NCBI GenBank assembly: GCA_965208105.1 | Contig: OZ242318.1 | Coordinates: 1,152,001 to 1,216,000, forward strand | Direction: 5' to 3' | Origin: Candidatus Latescibacterota bacterium | GTDB taxonomy: Bacteria > Latescibacterota > UBA2968 > UBA8231 | DNA: 64,000 bases | In this document: positions 19,999-30,260 of the stretch, piece after piece | How positions within the stretch are numbered: position 1 is the first letter of the stretch | Layout of the letters: each line of letters begins with the position of its first letter | Program-made: the position numbers and the translations under genes | Notes under the pieces: model-generated | The model's database searches: none | What the model saw: the letters and a program-made list of their open reading frames with translations, nothing else | What the model was told of the DNA's origin: nothing

Positions 19999-20265
19999 AT
20001 GGCCCGATACCAGATCCTCTACTGGCAGGACATTCCCGCTCAACTGCGCGCCTTCGACGACCGCAAGCCCATCAATCGCCCCTTGCCCCCGGTCTTCCAG
20101 GAGGAGATCGACCGCCTGGCCATGGAAGAGGGCCTGTTCGGCACCGACGACTACCTCGAACAGTGGCGCTGGAGCGAGAAGCGGGAACGCCCCGGCACCG
20201 CCGCGGAGGTGCTCGACGCGCTGGAGAGGGAAATCCGCGAGCAGTTCGACCACCTGGACAAGTAG
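19999..20265 (+). CDS. small 'virulence factor' family protein, typically beside cobalamin methyltransferase genes
   Basis: YWQDIPAQ, FQEEIDRLAM, TDDYLEQW; RBS AGGAG. Confidence 0.75.
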   Translation: MARYQILYWQDIPAQLRAFDDRKPINRPLPPVFQEEIDRLAMEEGLFGTDDYLEQWRWSEKRERPGTAAEVLDALEREIREQFDHLDK

Positions 20266-20352
20266 GAACGCTCATCCGCAGGCGAACCGTTCTCTCGGGG
20301 TGCGGGTTGCCCCTGGACAGGATCCGCAAGGCGGGAGGATTGGAATCGGTGC

Positions 20353-21141
20353 TCAGGCCCTCATGCGCAGCATGGGGCGGCTGAAGGAGACCGGCATGTA
20401 GTCGCTCCCGGCGCGCAGTGAACGGGTGCCCGGCGCCATGAAGTGGATGACGAAGGCGCGGCGCTGGCGACCGGTCCGGTTGGGCGGGGTATAGTGCAGG
20501 GTCTGGCAGTGGTGCAGCAAAGCGCCTCCAGCCGGCAGGGGCACGACCGCGGCCCTGCTTGCATCGACTTCGTCGCTGGACTCGAGCAAGGCACCTGTCT
20601 GCCGGGCGCGCTCGTGCTCGGCGGGGGCAAGGTGCGATTCGGGCAGCAGGTGCATGGCCCCGTTGCTCGCGTCCACGTCGTCGAGGGTCATCCAGCAGCT
20701 GACCAGGTTGGCCGGCACGCACTTCCAGTAGGCGTTGTCCTGGTGCCAGAAGACCGGACCGCCCTGGCGGGGCGGCTTGTTGAGGGCCTGGTCGTGGAAG
20801 AGCTGGATATTGGGGCCGATGAGGTCCTGGACCCGGTCGAGTATGGGGGGATGGTAGAGCAGGCGCCGGAAGAGGATGCTGCGCTCGCACATCCCTATGA
20901 TCTGCAGCATCTGCTCAGGGGCGCCGCGCTTGGCGCCCTCGTCCTGCCCGTCATCGATCGACAGGTTGCGGTAGTCGCCCTCGCGGCGGGCCTCCGCGAA
21001 GAGGCGGTCGTAGTCGCGGCGCAGCGCCTCCACCAGTTCAGGTTCGAGCAGAGGTCCGATCTCGACGTAGCCGCGCCGGTGGAAGTGGTCGATTTGTTCC
21101 CGGGTGAGGGTGGGGCTGAAGGGACTCTCGCAGGCGGTCAT
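20353..21141 (-). CDS. PhyH family Fe(II)/2-oxoglutarate dioxygenase
   Basis: WHQD, WMTLDD..SNGAM..LPESH, LHYT..N...RRA. Confidence 0.9.
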   Translation of the reverse strand: MTACESPFSPTLTREQIDHFHRRGYVEIGPLLEPELVEALRRDYDRLFAEARREGDYRNLSIDDGQDEGAKRGAPEQMLQIIGMCERSILFRRLLYHPPILDRVQDLIGPNIQLFHDQALNKPPRQGGPVFWHQDNAYWKCVPANLVSCWMTLDDVDASNGAMHLLPESHLAPAEHERARQTGALLESSDEVDASRAAVVPLPAGGALLHHCQTLHYTPPNRTGRQRRAFVIHFMAPGTRSLRAGSDYMPVSFSRPMLRMRA

Positions 21142-21344
21142 GGGCGGTCCTTCCCCGGTTGAGCAGGGTGGATGGTTTCTGTTCCCTCGGGCAACAAATC
21201 TACCAGAAGTCCCCATCCGGCGCTACCTCTCCCCGAGGCGGCTGCCGCCGTCTTGACAGCCGCCGGGGCGGGCTCGACCTTTCCCTTGTCCACCCGGCTT
21301 CACATGCCGCGGGGACTTTCATCCTTTCATCCGGGAATTCCGCG

Positions 21345-23276
21345 ATGCTTTCAGACGACACCTACGAGGTCATCGTGGTGGGCGGCGGACACGCCGGGGT
21401 CGAGGCCGCCCTCGCCTCGGCCCGCATGGGCGCCCGCACCCTGCTCCTGACCATGAACCTGGACACCCTCGCGCAGATGTCGTGCAACCCGGCCATCGGC
21501 GGGATCGGCAAGGGGCACCTGGTCAAGGAGATCGACGCTCTGGGAGGCCAGATGGCGGTCAACATCGACCGGACGGGGATTCAGTTCCGCCGCCTCAACA
21601 CCCGCCGCGGACCCGCGGTGCGCGCTTCCCGGGCACAGGCCGACAAAAAGGCCTACCAGTTCGAGATGAAGTACGCCTGCGAGCAGCAGCCCGACCTCGA
21701 CCTGCGCCAGGGCATGATGGAACGGCTGGTCATCGACGGTGGAAAGGTCCAGGGCGTCGGCGTCAAGGGCGGCGTCCTCTACCGCGGCCGCAGCGTCGTC
21801 CTCACCACCGGGACCTTTCTCAGGGGCAGGATCCACGTCGGCGACTTCTCCTACGGCGCCGGCCGCGCCGGGGAGAGCGCCTCCGAGAAAGCCGCCGAGG
21901 GCCTGGCCGCCCTGGGCTTCGAGATCGGCCGCCTCAAGACCGGCACGCCTCCCCGGGTGAACGGCCGCACCGTCGACTTCCAGGCCATGGAGGAGCAGCC
22001 CGGCGACGAGCCTCCGCGCCCCTTCTCCTACGCGGTCGAGGAAATAACCCAACCGCAGTTGTCCTGCTGGATCACCTACACCAACGCCCGGACCCACGGC
22101 CTCATCGCCGACAATCTCCGGCGCTCCGCCATGTACAGCGGACGCATCGAGGCCGTCGGCCCGCGCTACTGTCCCTCCATCGAGGACAAGGTGGTCAAGT
22201 TCGCCGACAAGGAGCGCCACCAGATCTTCGTCGAGCCCGAGGGCCTGCGCACCCTGGAGCACTACATCAACGGCCTTTCCATGAGCCTGCCCGAGGAGCT
22301 CCAGCACGACATCCTGCGCAGCATTCCGGGGCTGGAAAAGGCCGAGATCATGCGTCCGGCCTACGCGGTCGAGTACGACTACGCGCCGCCCACGCAGCTC
22401 TACTCCCACTTGGAGACCAAGCGGGTGGAAGGCCTTTTCTTCGCCGGCCAGATCAACGGCACCACGGGCTACGAGGAGGCCGCGGCCCAGGGCCTGATGG
22501 CGGGGGTGAACGCGGTCCTCAAGGTCCGCGGCGAGCCTCCCTTCGTTCTCGACCGCTCCACCGCCTACATCGGCGTTCTCATCGACGATCTGGTAACCAA
22601 GGGCACCCAGGAACCCTACCGCATCTTCACCTCCCGCGCCGAGTACCGCCTCCTGCTGCGCGAGGACAACGCGGACTACCGCCTGATGGAACTGGGCCGC
22701 CGCTTCGGCCTGGTCACCGATCCCGTCTACCGGCGCTTCGAGGTCAAGCAGAGGCAGGTGGAGGAAGAGATGGCGCGCCTGCGCCGGCAGCGCGTCCGCC
22801 CAGACGACCGGGTGCGGGAGGTGATGCGGCGCCAGGGCGCCCCTCCCCTCAAGGAGCCCGCCCTGCTCTCCGACCTTTTGCGCCGGCCCGAGCTGGGTTA
22901 CGACCATATCGCCGCCATCGCCCCCCCGGCCACTACCCTGGGGCGGGACGCGGCCGAGCACGTCGAGGCCGAAATCAAGTACGCGGCCTACATCGAGCGC
23001 CAGAACGACCAGGTGGCCAAGCTCAGCCGCCTGGAGTCCCTCTCCATTCCCGCGGATTTCGACTATCACAGCGAGGCCCGGCACCTCTCCAGGGAAGCGC
23101 GGCAGAAGCTTGCCGCCATTCGCCCCGGGACCCTGGGCCAGGCCGGGCGCATCTCCGGGGTCTCCCCCGCCGACGTGTCCTCGCTGATGGTCCTGCTGCA
23201 CGCCCGCCGCGCCCCAAACAGCGCGGGCGGGGCGGGCGCAAAGAGGCAGAACGGCTCCCGGAAAAGCTGCGGTTAG
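21345..23276 (+). CDS. mnmG: tRNA U34 carboxymethylaminomethyl modification enzyme
   Basis: [53 protein letters not shown]. Confidence 0.98.
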   Translation: MLSDDTYEVIVVGGGHAGVEAALASARMGARTLLLTMNLDTLAQMSCNPAIGGIGKGHLVKEIDALGGQMAVNIDRTGIQFRRLNTRRGPAVRASRAQADKKAYQFEMKYACEQQPDLDLRQGMMERLVIDGGKVQGVGVKGGVLYRGRSVVLTTGTFLRGRIHVGDFSYGAGRAGESASEKAAEGLAALGFEIGRLKTGTPPRVNGRTVDFQAMEEQPGDEPPRPFSYAVEEITQPQLSCWITYTNARTHGLIADNLRRSAMYSGRIEAVGPRYCPSIEDKVVKFADKERHQIFVEPEGLRTLEHYINGLSMSLPEELQHDILRSIPGLEKAEIMRPAYAVEYDYAPPTQLYSHLETKRVEGLFFAGQINGTTGYEEAAAQGLMAGVNAVLKVRGEPPFVLDRSTAYIGVLIDDLVTKGTQEPYRIFTSRAEYRLLLREDNADYRLMELGRRFGLVTDPVYRRFEVKQRQVEEEMARLRRQRVRPDDRVREVMRRQGAPPLKEPALLSDLLRRPELGYDHIAAIAPPATTLGRDAAEHVEAEIKYAAYIERQNDQVAKLSRLESLSIPADFDYHSEARHLSREARQKLAAIRPGTLGQAGRISGVSPADVSSLMVLLHARRAPNSAGGAGAKRQNGSRKSCG

Positions 23277-23336
23277 CTCTTGCCTAATACCCCGGTATTT
23301 CTTAATTGTTAGAGCTTTACAACCTGGAAGGAATCC

Positions 23337-24029
23337 ATGCGCTTAATGCTGATAGGGGCGCCGGCCTCGGGCAAGGGCACCCAGGCCAAACGCCTCGCCA
23401 GGCACTTCGACATCGGACACGTCTCCACCGGGGACATGCTGCGCCGGGCAGTGGCCGAGCGCACCGATCTGGGGCTGGTGGTGGAGCACTACCTCAAGCA
23501 CGGCTGGCTGGTGCCCGACCACCACGTCATGACCCTGGTGCGGGAGCGCCTCTCCAACGGCGATATCTCCAGCGGCTTCATCCTCGACGGCTTCCCGCGC
23601 ACCTTGAGCCAGGCCCGGGACTTCGACCAGTGCCTGGACGAGCTCGATCACGCCCTCGACGCGGTGATCCTCATGGACGTGCCGGACGCCACCGTGCTCG
23701 AGCGCATTACCGGACGCCGGGCCGACCCCCAGACCGGGCGCATCTACCACCTCAAGTACAATCCGCCGCCGCCGGAGATCCTTTCCCGGCTGGAACAGCG
23801 CGAGGACGACACTGAGGAAGTGATGCAGGAACGTCTGGATACCTACCACCGGGAGATTGACCCCGTCATCGAGCACTACGAGGGAAGGTCCCCTTTCCTG
23901 CGCATCGACGGAACGGCCTCCGAGAAAGGGGTCTTCGACGCCATCCTGGACCGCCTCCAGTGCCTGGCCGGGGATGGCCGGCGGTCTCTCAGCAGCCTGC
24001 CGTCCCTCCTGGCGATGTTCGGATTTTGA
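23337..24029 (+). CDS. adk: adenylate kinase
   Basis: GAPASGKGTQ, STGDMLR, LDGFPRT, QREDD. Confidence 0.95.
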   Translation: MRLMLIGAPASGKGTQAKRLARHFDIGHVSTGDMLRRAVAERTDLGLVVEHYLKHGWLVPDHHVMTLVRERLSNGDISSGFILDGFPRTLSQARDFDQCLDELDHALDAVILMDVPDATVLERITGRRADPQTGRIYHLKYNPPPPEILSRLEQREDDTEEVMQERLDTYHREIDPVIEHYEGRSPFLRIDGTASEKGVFDAILDRLQCLAGDGRRSLSSLPSLLAMFGF

Positions 24030-24065
24030 CCGGGACCAGCCCATAATTCCGGAGGTGGAAAGGCC

Positions 24066-24392
24066 ATGGCGGAAATGGACAAAACGGTTCTGTACCGCAG
24101 CGGCATCGGCAAGTTCGTGCAGCAGGACTTCGAGGGAGCGCTGAAGGATTTTCACCAGGCTCTCGAGCTCGACCCGAATTTCGCCGACGTGCTCCAGGCC
24201 GCCGCCCACGTCTACGAGAAGATGGGCGATTTCGACGCGGCTCTCGAATACGCCAAGAAGGCGGTGGAGTGCAATCCCGATGATTTCCTGGCCCACACCA
24301 CCCTCTCCATTTTCTACCAGCGCAAGGGCATGATCCCCGAAGCCGAGGAGGAGAAAGCCATTGCCGCGCGCCTGCAGCATTCGCAAGCCTAG
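24066..24392 (+). CDS. small TPR protein
   Basis: ALELDPNF, KKAVECNPDD TPR patterns; RBS GGAGG. Confidence 0.85.
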   Translation: MAEMDKTVLYRSGIGKFVQQDFEGALKDFHQALELDPNFADVLQAAAHVYEKMGDFDAALEYAKKAVECNPDDFLAHTTLSIFYQRKGMIPEAEEEKAIAARLQHSQA

Positions 24393-24445
24393 TGTCCCGG
24401 CGGAGCACGCGGTCCCCGTTCGGGGCGCAACCGGCAGCCCATTCC

Positions 24446-25492
24446 ATGCAGATCGGCCCCTACACCCTGACCCCGCTGCGGGCGGGCATGCCCATCCTGA
24501 CCCTGGCTCCCCTGGCCGGCGTCGGCAACTGGGTCTTCCGCCTCATCTGCGCCCGCCTCGGTGCGCGCCTGGTGGGAGTGGAGTTCATCAACTGCCGCAC
24601 CATCCCCGAGAAATCGCGCCGCAGCGAAGGCCTGCTCGACTTCTCCGACGCGGGGATCTACCGCGACAGCGGCCTCTCCCTGCTCGCCGCCCAGATCTAC
24701 GGCAACGACCTCGACCTCATCGCCGCCGGCGCCCAGGAGTTCGAGCGCCGCGGGGCCCAGATCGTCGACATCAACTTCGGTTGCTCCGTGCCCCGCATCC
24801 TCCAGAAGGGATGCGGCGGCGCCTATCTGCGCGACCTCGACCTGCTCTACCGCGCCGTGCGCAAGACCGTGGATTCGGTGCGGGTTCCGGTCATGGTCAA
24901 GACCCGGATCGGCTGGGACCCCGACAGCATCAACATCCTGGAGGTGGTGCGCCGGGTCGAGGACGCAGGCGCCCGCGCCATCGCCATCCACGCGCGCACG
25001 GTGGTGCAGAAGTACAAGGGGCAGGCGGACTGGGACTGGATCGGCCGCGCCAAGGAAATGGCGGGCATCCCCGTGCTCGGCAACGGCGACGTGTGCTCCT
25101 ACGAGGACAGCGTCGCCATGCGGAGAGTGACCGGCTGCGACGCGGTGATGATCGGCCGCGCCGCCATGGCCAACCCCTGGATCTTCTCGGCGCGGCGCGG
25201 CGCTTCCCTGCGCGACCGCCTCGACCTGGCCCTGGAGCAGGTGAAGCTCATGGCCACCTACAGGGGCGAGCGCGTCGGCGTGCTGCAGAGCCGCAAGCAC
25301 CTGGCGCTCTACTTCAGGGGGCTGCCCCGGACCGGGGCCATGAGGCGGCTGCTGCTGACCACCGACTCCCTGGGCGAGCTCGTCGACCTCATGCAATCAT
25401 GGCGCGACCGCCTCGAGCCCGGAGCCGAAGAAGCGGACCTGACCCTTTCGGACAGAGAGGCCGACGCCCTGGCCTGGGGAGGAACGGGCTGA
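24446..25492 (+). CDS. tRNA-dihydrouridine synthase (DusB-like)
   Basis: LAPLAG, DINFGC, VKTRIGW, IHART, NGDV, VMIGRA. Confidence 0.9.
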   Translation: MQIGPYTLTPLRAGMPILTLAPLAGVGNWVFRLICARLGARLVGVEFINCRTIPEKSRRSEGLLDFSDAGIYRDSGLSLLAAQIYGNDLDLIAAGAQEFERRGAQIVDINFGCSVPRILQKGCGGAYLRDLDLLYRAVRKTVDSVRVPVMVKTRIGWDPDSINILEVVRRVEDAGARAIAIHARTVVQKYKGQADWDWIGRAKEMAGIPVLGNGDVCSYEDSVAMRRVTGCDAVMIGRAAMANPWIFSARRGASLRDRLDLALEQVKLMATYRGERVGVLQSRKHLALYFRGLPRTGAMRRLLLTTDSLGELVDLMQSWRDRLEPGAEEADLTLSDREADALAWGGTG

Positions 25493-25980
25493 TGCCGAAA
25501 TTGCCGTCGTATCTCACCCTCTTCCTCGGACTTTCCGCCACCGCGGCCATCCTGGGCGGCTGCGAGGCCGAGCCGGTCTCCATTCAGGTCCATCCGGCCG
25601 CCCTTGTGGTGGACCCGCAGACCGCTCCCGACCCGGGTTGGACCCTGGTGGATTTCGACGGCAGCGCGCGCACCCCGGAGGCCTTCTACCAGGTGCGCGC
25701 CGAACCCCTCTTCGGAGAGCGCCACATCGTCGCCCTCCAGGCCCGGCCCCAGGGCGACGGCAGCTTCGCCATCGACCTCCAGTTCGACGACTACGCCCGG
25801 CGCCGGATAGAGGAGTTCGGAGCCCGTTTCCCCTACCTCAAAAAGCCCCTGGCCATCAAGGTCAACGGCCGCTGGGTCGATTTCATCCCGCAGCCGGGGG
25901 AGAGCGGCGACCCCATGACTCTCTACGGCTTCGACGAGACCGAGGTGGAGGCGCTGCAGCGCTACCTGGAAGACAGATAG
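25492..25980 (+). CDS. lipoprotein, possibly SecDF P1-head-like domain
   Basis: TGATG overlap with dus stop; lipobox LGG-C; AIDLQFDD...PLAIKVNG pattern. Confidence 0.55.
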   Translation: MPKLPSYLTLFLGLSATAAILGGCEAEPVSIQVHPAALVVDPQTAPDPGWTLVDFDGSARTPEAFYQVRAEPLFGERHIVALQARPQGDGSFAIDLQFDDYARRRIEEFGARFPYLKKPLAIKVNGRWVDFIPQPGESGDPMTLYGFDETEVEALQRYLEDR

Positions 25981-25990
25981 GCAGGAGACA

Positions 25991-27154
25991 ATGAAGATCA
26001 AGTCGATCGACCTGGTGAAAATCCAGCGGCCTGCCAGGGCGGCCGGTGCCCGCTCCCGGCGCCGGAGCTGGCAGGCCGGGGACGAGGTCGCCAATCCCAT
26101 GTCCCGCTTCTCGCGCTTCAAGCGCCACCGCAGCCTCTACGCCCCTCGCCGCTGGCCCGGGTTCGGAGTCAAGGTCACCGCCGGAAACGGCGCCTGGGGC
26201 CTGGGCACGGTGATGGGGCGGCCCGCCGCCGCGGTGATCGAGGACGCCTTCGCCCACGTCCTGGAGGGAGAGGACTGCCTCGCCATCGAAAAGCTGTGGG
26301 ACATGATGTTCCGCGTCTCCAAGCCCTTCGGCACCCCGGGCATCGCCACCCTGGCCATGAGCGCGGTGGACCTGGCGCTGTGGGACCTGGCCGGCAAGCT
26401 CCATGGCAAGCCGGTATACGAGCTCATCGGCGGTCCCGCCCGCGACCGCATCTTCGTATACGCCACCGGAAACGACGTGGATTGGTACAGGGAGCTGGGG
26501 TTCAAGGCCTTCAAGCTGGCCCTGCCCCATGGACCGGCAGACGGCCTGGAGGGGATGGAAGAGAACGAGCGGCGGGTGGCCCAGGCCCGGGACATAATCG
26601 GCGACGGAGCCGAGCTCATGCTGGACTGCTACATGGCCCTCGACGTGGACTACGCCGTGCGCCTGGCCGAGCGCCTGCGGCCCTACCGGCTCAGGTGGAT
26701 CGAGGAGTGCCTAATCCCCGAGGACGTGGAGGGCCACATCCAGCTGCGCCGCCGCCTGCCCTGGATGACCCTGGCCGCCGGCGAGCACCTCTACACCCCC
26801 TTCCCCTTCCAGCAGATGATCAAGCACGGCTGCCTCGACATCCTGCAGCCGGACATCCACTGGGCGGGGGGGATGACCGCATGCATCAAGATCTGCCACA
26901 TGGCCGAGGCGGCCGGCCTCCAGGTCATCCTCCACGGCGGCGGCGGTCAGCCCGAAGGACAGCACCTGACCTGGGCCATGTCCAACACCCCCTGGGCGGA
27001 GTACTTCGTCGGCACCGACCCTGGTATTCCCCTGGCGGAGTCGGCCGCCTCCGGAGCCCTGGTTCCCAGCGAAGGTTACATCGAGTTCCGGCCCTGCGGC
27101 CCCGGCTTCGGCCTCGGTATCGAGGAGGAATGGCTGGAGCCCCTGGGGGACTGA
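25991..27154 (+). CDS. mandelate racemase family acid-sugar dehydratase (L-rhamnonate dehydratase-like)
   Basis: VANPMS, KAFK, HGPADG, MLDCYM, WIEE, GEH, QPD. Confidence 0.85.
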   Translation: MKIKSIDLVKIQRPARAAGARSRRRSWQAGDEVANPMSRFSRFKRHRSLYAPRRWPGFGVKVTAGNGAWGLGTVMGRPAAAVIEDAFAHVLEGEDCLAIEKLWDMMFRVSKPFGTPGIATLAMSAVDLALWDLAGKLHGKPVYELIGGPARDRIFVYATGNDVDWYRELGFKAFKLALPHGPADGLEGMEENERRVAQARDIIGDGAELMLDCYMALDVDYAVRLAERLRPYRLRWIEECLIPEDVEGHIQLRRRLPWMTLAAGEHLYTPFPFQQMIKHGCLDILQPDIHWAGGMTACIKICHMAEAAGLQVILHGGGGQPEGQHLTWAMSNTPWAEYFVGTDPGIPLAESAASGALVPSEGYIEFRPCGPGFGLGIEEEWLEPLGD

Positions 27155-27164
27155 CTACCTTCCT

Positions 27165-28355
27165 TCACCAACCCTTCCAGCTGCCGTCGGCGTGGCGGTA
27201 CTGGCGGTAGCCCATGGGCTCGAGGTTCATGGCGGCGACGTCCGCTTCCTTCACCTCGATCCCCAGGCCCGGCTGGTCGCTGACCGGGATGTAGCCGTCC
27301 TCGATGGCCATGTCGTGCTCGGCGTAGAGGCCGAAGCGGTCGAAGTAGGTCGCCACCATCTCCTGGATCAGGAAATTCGGGATGGAAGCGACGGCATGCA
27401 GGGTCGCCGCCGTTCCGATGGGCCCGGCCACGTTGTGGGGCGCCATCAGCATCTGCTGGCGGTCGGCGCTCCTGGCAATCTCGCAAAACTCTCCGATGCC
27501 CAGGCAATGGGTGATGTCCGGCTGCAGGAAGGCGCATGCCCGGCGCCGGATCAGGGGGTCGAACTCGGCCACCGAGAACAGTTTCTCCCCCGTGGCGATG
27601 GGGACCGGGCTGCGCCGCGAAACCTCCAGCAGGGCCTCCACCGAACCGACCTTGACCGGCTCTTCGAGGAACATGGGAGAGTAGACGGCAACCCGGCGGG
27701 CGAACTCGAGGCCGAGCTCGGGGATGGGACTGCCGTGGGCGTCGAGCAGGATGACGCCATGGGGCCCCATGGCCTCCCGCGCCGCGGCCACGCACTCGAT
27801 ACTGCGCTCGATGGCGGCCATGTCCATGGGGTCGCGGCGCGACTCCAGGGGATTGCCCTTCACCCCGGCGAAGCCCTTGTCGATCCAGCGCTTGGCGGTG
27901 GCGGCAGCCTCCTCGGGGGAGCTCTCCACCAGCCCGCCGCTGGCATATACCCGGACCCGGTCGCGGCGCTTGCCGCCGAGGATGGTGTGGACGGGCACAC
28001 CCCAGGCCTTGCCGGCTATGTCGTAGAGGGCCATGTTGATCGCGGCGACGGCGGTGCCGACCACGGGACCGCCCCTCCAGGGGGAGCGCCGGCTCACGTC
28101 GTCGGTGAGGGCATCCACCTGGGTCGGGTCGCGCCCCAGCAGCAGGGGGACCAACTGCTGGAGCAGGACATCCACCGGCCCGACGAGCCATTCGCCGCTG
28201 CCGTCGCCCCAGCCGCTGATGCCGGCGTCGGTCTCGAGCTTGAGAAAGAGCCAGCTCTTGGTGGTGCTGCACAGCAGCTCGCCGGTGCCGGGGTCGCGGA
28301 TCTCCTGCCCCGTGGGTACGGAGAAGGGATAGGTTTTGACCGCGGTGATCTTCAT
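27165..28355 (-). CDS. mandelate racemase family dehydratase (galactonate dehydratase-like)
   Basis: WLFLKLETDAGISGWG, DAHG, FLEEP, ATGEK, QPD, APHN. Confidence 0.85.
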   Translation of the reverse strand: MKITAVKTYPFSVPTGQEIRDPGTGELLCSTTKSWLFLKLETDAGISGWGDGSGEWLVGPVDVLLQQLVPLLLGRDPTQVDALTDDVSRRSPWRGGPVVGTAVAAINMALYDIAGKAWGVPVHTILGGKRRDRVRVYASGGLVESSPEEAAATAKRWIDKGFAGVKGNPLESRRDPMDMAAIERSIECVAAAREAMGPHGVILLDAHGSPIPELGLEFARRVAVYSPMFLEEPVKVGSVEALLEVSRRSPVPIATGEKLFSVAEFDPLIRRRACAFLQPDITHCLGIGEFCEIARSADRQQMLMAPHNVAGPIGTAATLHAVASIPNFLIQEMVATYFDRFGLYAEHDMAIEDGYIPVSDQPGLGIEVKEADVAAMNLEPMGYRQYRHADGSWKGW

Positions 28356-28409
28356 GGGACCCACCTGGGGGACCCGGCCCCTGCGAGCACCGCTGCCTCT
28401 CCTTCCAAT

Positions 28410-28694
28410 CTACTCATCTCCGCTCTCCTCCCCCTTTGCGGCCAGGTGGTCCTTCATCGCGGCCACCACCCCATCGTCGTCGGGACTCGAGGACACGAGG
28501 GCGGCGAATCCTTCCTCATCCATCTTCACTTCCTCCAGGAAGCTCTGGTCGGCCCCTCAGAAGTAGACGTAGTCGCCGAGACGGCCCTCCTGATAGGCGC
28601 GGACCTTGTCGGTTATGCGCGCCAGCCAGTGCATTTCTCCGATGATCATGCCGCGGGCGCGGGGTTTGAAATCCAGAACCTGTGAATCACTCAT
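28410..28694 (-). CDS. DUF5069-like small protein with in-frame TGA (candidate selenoprotein), not in ORF track
   Basis: RBS GAGGAGGAG; ATG overlaps upstream stop; MSDSQVLDFKPRARGMIIGEMHWLARITDKVRAYQEGRLGDYVYF-TGA-GADQSFLEEVKMDEEGFAALVSSSPDDDGVVAAMKDHLAAKGEESGDE-TAG. Confidence 0.75.
28528..28543 (-). promoter_or_regulatory. candidate bacterial SECIS hairpin
   Basis: GCUUCC-UGGA-GGAAGU, +14 to +29 after UGA 28557-28559; loop starts at +20 with G at loop position 2. Confidence 0.55.
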
Positions 28695-29814
28695 GGCGAA
28701 TCTCCTCCTCTTCAAGGGATACCAGCTCGTTGAACCGAGCTCTGAACTCCGTGGTCAATGAAACGTCGCTCAATGCGGCGGTGAGGGCGCCGGCAATCTG
28801 CTTCAGGCGCCGACGCGGCCCCTGCCAGGCCTGCAGAAGCGCGGAATGGTGGTGATCGGACCGCCCTTCCAGCGCCTCCAGGAGCAGGGCCGCCGCATTC
28901 AGGTGAAAGACGATGTGATGGCCGTCCAGGGCCTGGGCCCGGTCCCCGGGGTCCCGCGCCGCGGATGCATACCGGCGCAGGGCGTCCCGGTCCAGCAGGC
29001 TGGTGAAGCTCCCGTGCGGACGGCCGGCGCCCATGCAGGCGGTATACTGGACCAGGCGGCGCTCGGTCCAGTCCCAGCCGATCTTGGCGAACTCTATGAA
29101 GCTCAGGCGGCTGGACGGCGGATCTATGACGATGTTGCGCGCGTTGTAGTCGGTGGTTCCGAGGGCGGGGCCGCGGGCGCAGAGCCGGCTGAGTATTTCG
29201 TCGAGCAGGGAGCGGCAGCGCGCCGCCCCGGGGGCGCCTGATCCGCCATGGAGGCGCAGGATGCGCTCCAGGCCCTGGCGCGCCCGCAGGCCGGCCTGCT
29301 CCCAGGCGCGCCGCAGGTGGGACACGCCGCCCGCCGGGCATACCAGCGGCTCCAGCAGGCGCCTGTTTTCGCCCAGGACCTCCTCGATGCGGCAAAGACC
29401 CGCGACGGCCCGGCGGGTGCAACCTGAGGCGCCGGCCGCGCCCCTCTCCTGGACCAGGTCGTCCAGGGTGTGCGAGCCGCAATGTTCGAAGAAGACGAAG
29501 CTGGTCTCCGCGTCCAGGCCCAGCAGCCTCGGCACCGGGCAAGCCCGGGCCCCCAGCAGACCGAGAACCACCTGCTCCACTTCAAGCAGGTCGTAGAGCC
29601 GGCCGCGGGTGTGGACCCCGAAGAGCTGGAACTTGGCCACCAGCATTTGCCGCCCCTCCAGAAGAACTTCCCAGACGTGCGGAGCCAGGGGCGCGACGCC
29701 CTCCACCCGGGGTCCACCCGGCAGCAGTGACGGCGCCCGCGCCCGCAGGTAGGCCTCCGGGCTGGGCCAGCTGCGGCGGTCGTCGCCTGCTCGGGGCTTC
29801 TCACGAACCCGCAT
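28687..29814 (-). CDS. phosphotransferase/kinase-like protein
   Basis: VAK, PVPRLLG, FEHCG..TL, DYNARN, IEF motifs of APH/choline kinase fold. Confidence 0.6.
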   Translation of the reverse strand: MRVREKPRAGDDRRSWPSPEAYLRARAPSLLPGGPRVEGVAPLAPHVWEVLLEGRQMLVAKFQLFGVHTRGRLYDLLEVEQVVLGLLGARACPVPRLLGLDAETSFVFFEHCGSHTLDDLVQERGAAGASGCTRRAVAGLCRIEEVLGENRRLLEPLVCPAGGVSHLRRAWEQAGLRARQGLERILRLHGGSGAPGAARCRSLLDEILSRLCARGPALGTTDYNARNIVIDPPSSRLSFIEFAKIGWDWTERRLVQYTACMGAGRPHGSFTSLLDRDALRRYASAARDPGDRAQALDGHHIVFHLNAAALLLEALEGRSDHHHSALLQAWQGPRRRLKQIAGALTAALSDVSLTTEFRARFNELVSLEEEEIRHE

Positions 29815-30181
29815 GGTCGAAGACGATGACCTGGGCGGTGATCTTGCCGGCCTGGTTGTTGTAGTCGGGATTTTCGTTCATGGCGAAGTGCAGGATGCCG
29901 TCACCGTCGGCGATGAAATCGTGGCGGCTTCCCACCGCGAATGGATTGCCCGAGCCGACGCGGGCGATCAGGGCGCCGACGTTGGCCCCGGAGAGGAGAT
30001 ATCCAGTTCCGGCCGGGAGGTTGTAGACCCCGTCGGCGCCGCACCAGACGATCTGGTTGCGCATGTCCGGGGACCACACGTCCTCCGCGTCGATGACCAC
30101 CCTCTGGCCTTTTCGCAGGCGGATCAGGGTGTCCTGCCACTCGGAGCTGGGACGCACCGTGCGCGAAATGGTTACTGCCAC
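29801..30181 (-). CDS. LecA/PA-IL-like lectin domain protein
   Basis: WQDT..G.RVVIDA, GADG, GALIARVG, LHFAMNE...NQAGKITA; GTG start after GGAG RBS. Confidence 0.6.
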   Translation of the reverse strand: MAVTISRTVRPSSEWQDTLIRLRKGQRVVIDAEDVWSPDMRNQIVWCGADGVYNLPAGTGYLLSGANVGALIARVGSGNPFAVGSRHDFIADGDGILHFAMNENPDYNNQAGKITAQVIVFDHAGS

Positions 30182-30260
30182 CTGATCTCCTTCCTCCTTT
30201 GTGGTGAAAATCGCGGAAAAATGCTATACCGCCACCGAAGAGGTGTCAAGAACCCCTGAT

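Noticed and set aside
24390-24399. TAGTGTCCCG at the TPR gene stop, matching the MITE end
   Set aside because: Only 10 bp match and no partner inverted repeat; could be chance or a very old scar.
28557-28559. Alternative genetic code (TGA=Trp/Gly) as explanation for the in-frame TGA
   Set aside because: Many other genes here end at TGA at their expected C-termini, several with ATGA overlaps, so TGA is a normal stop in this genome.
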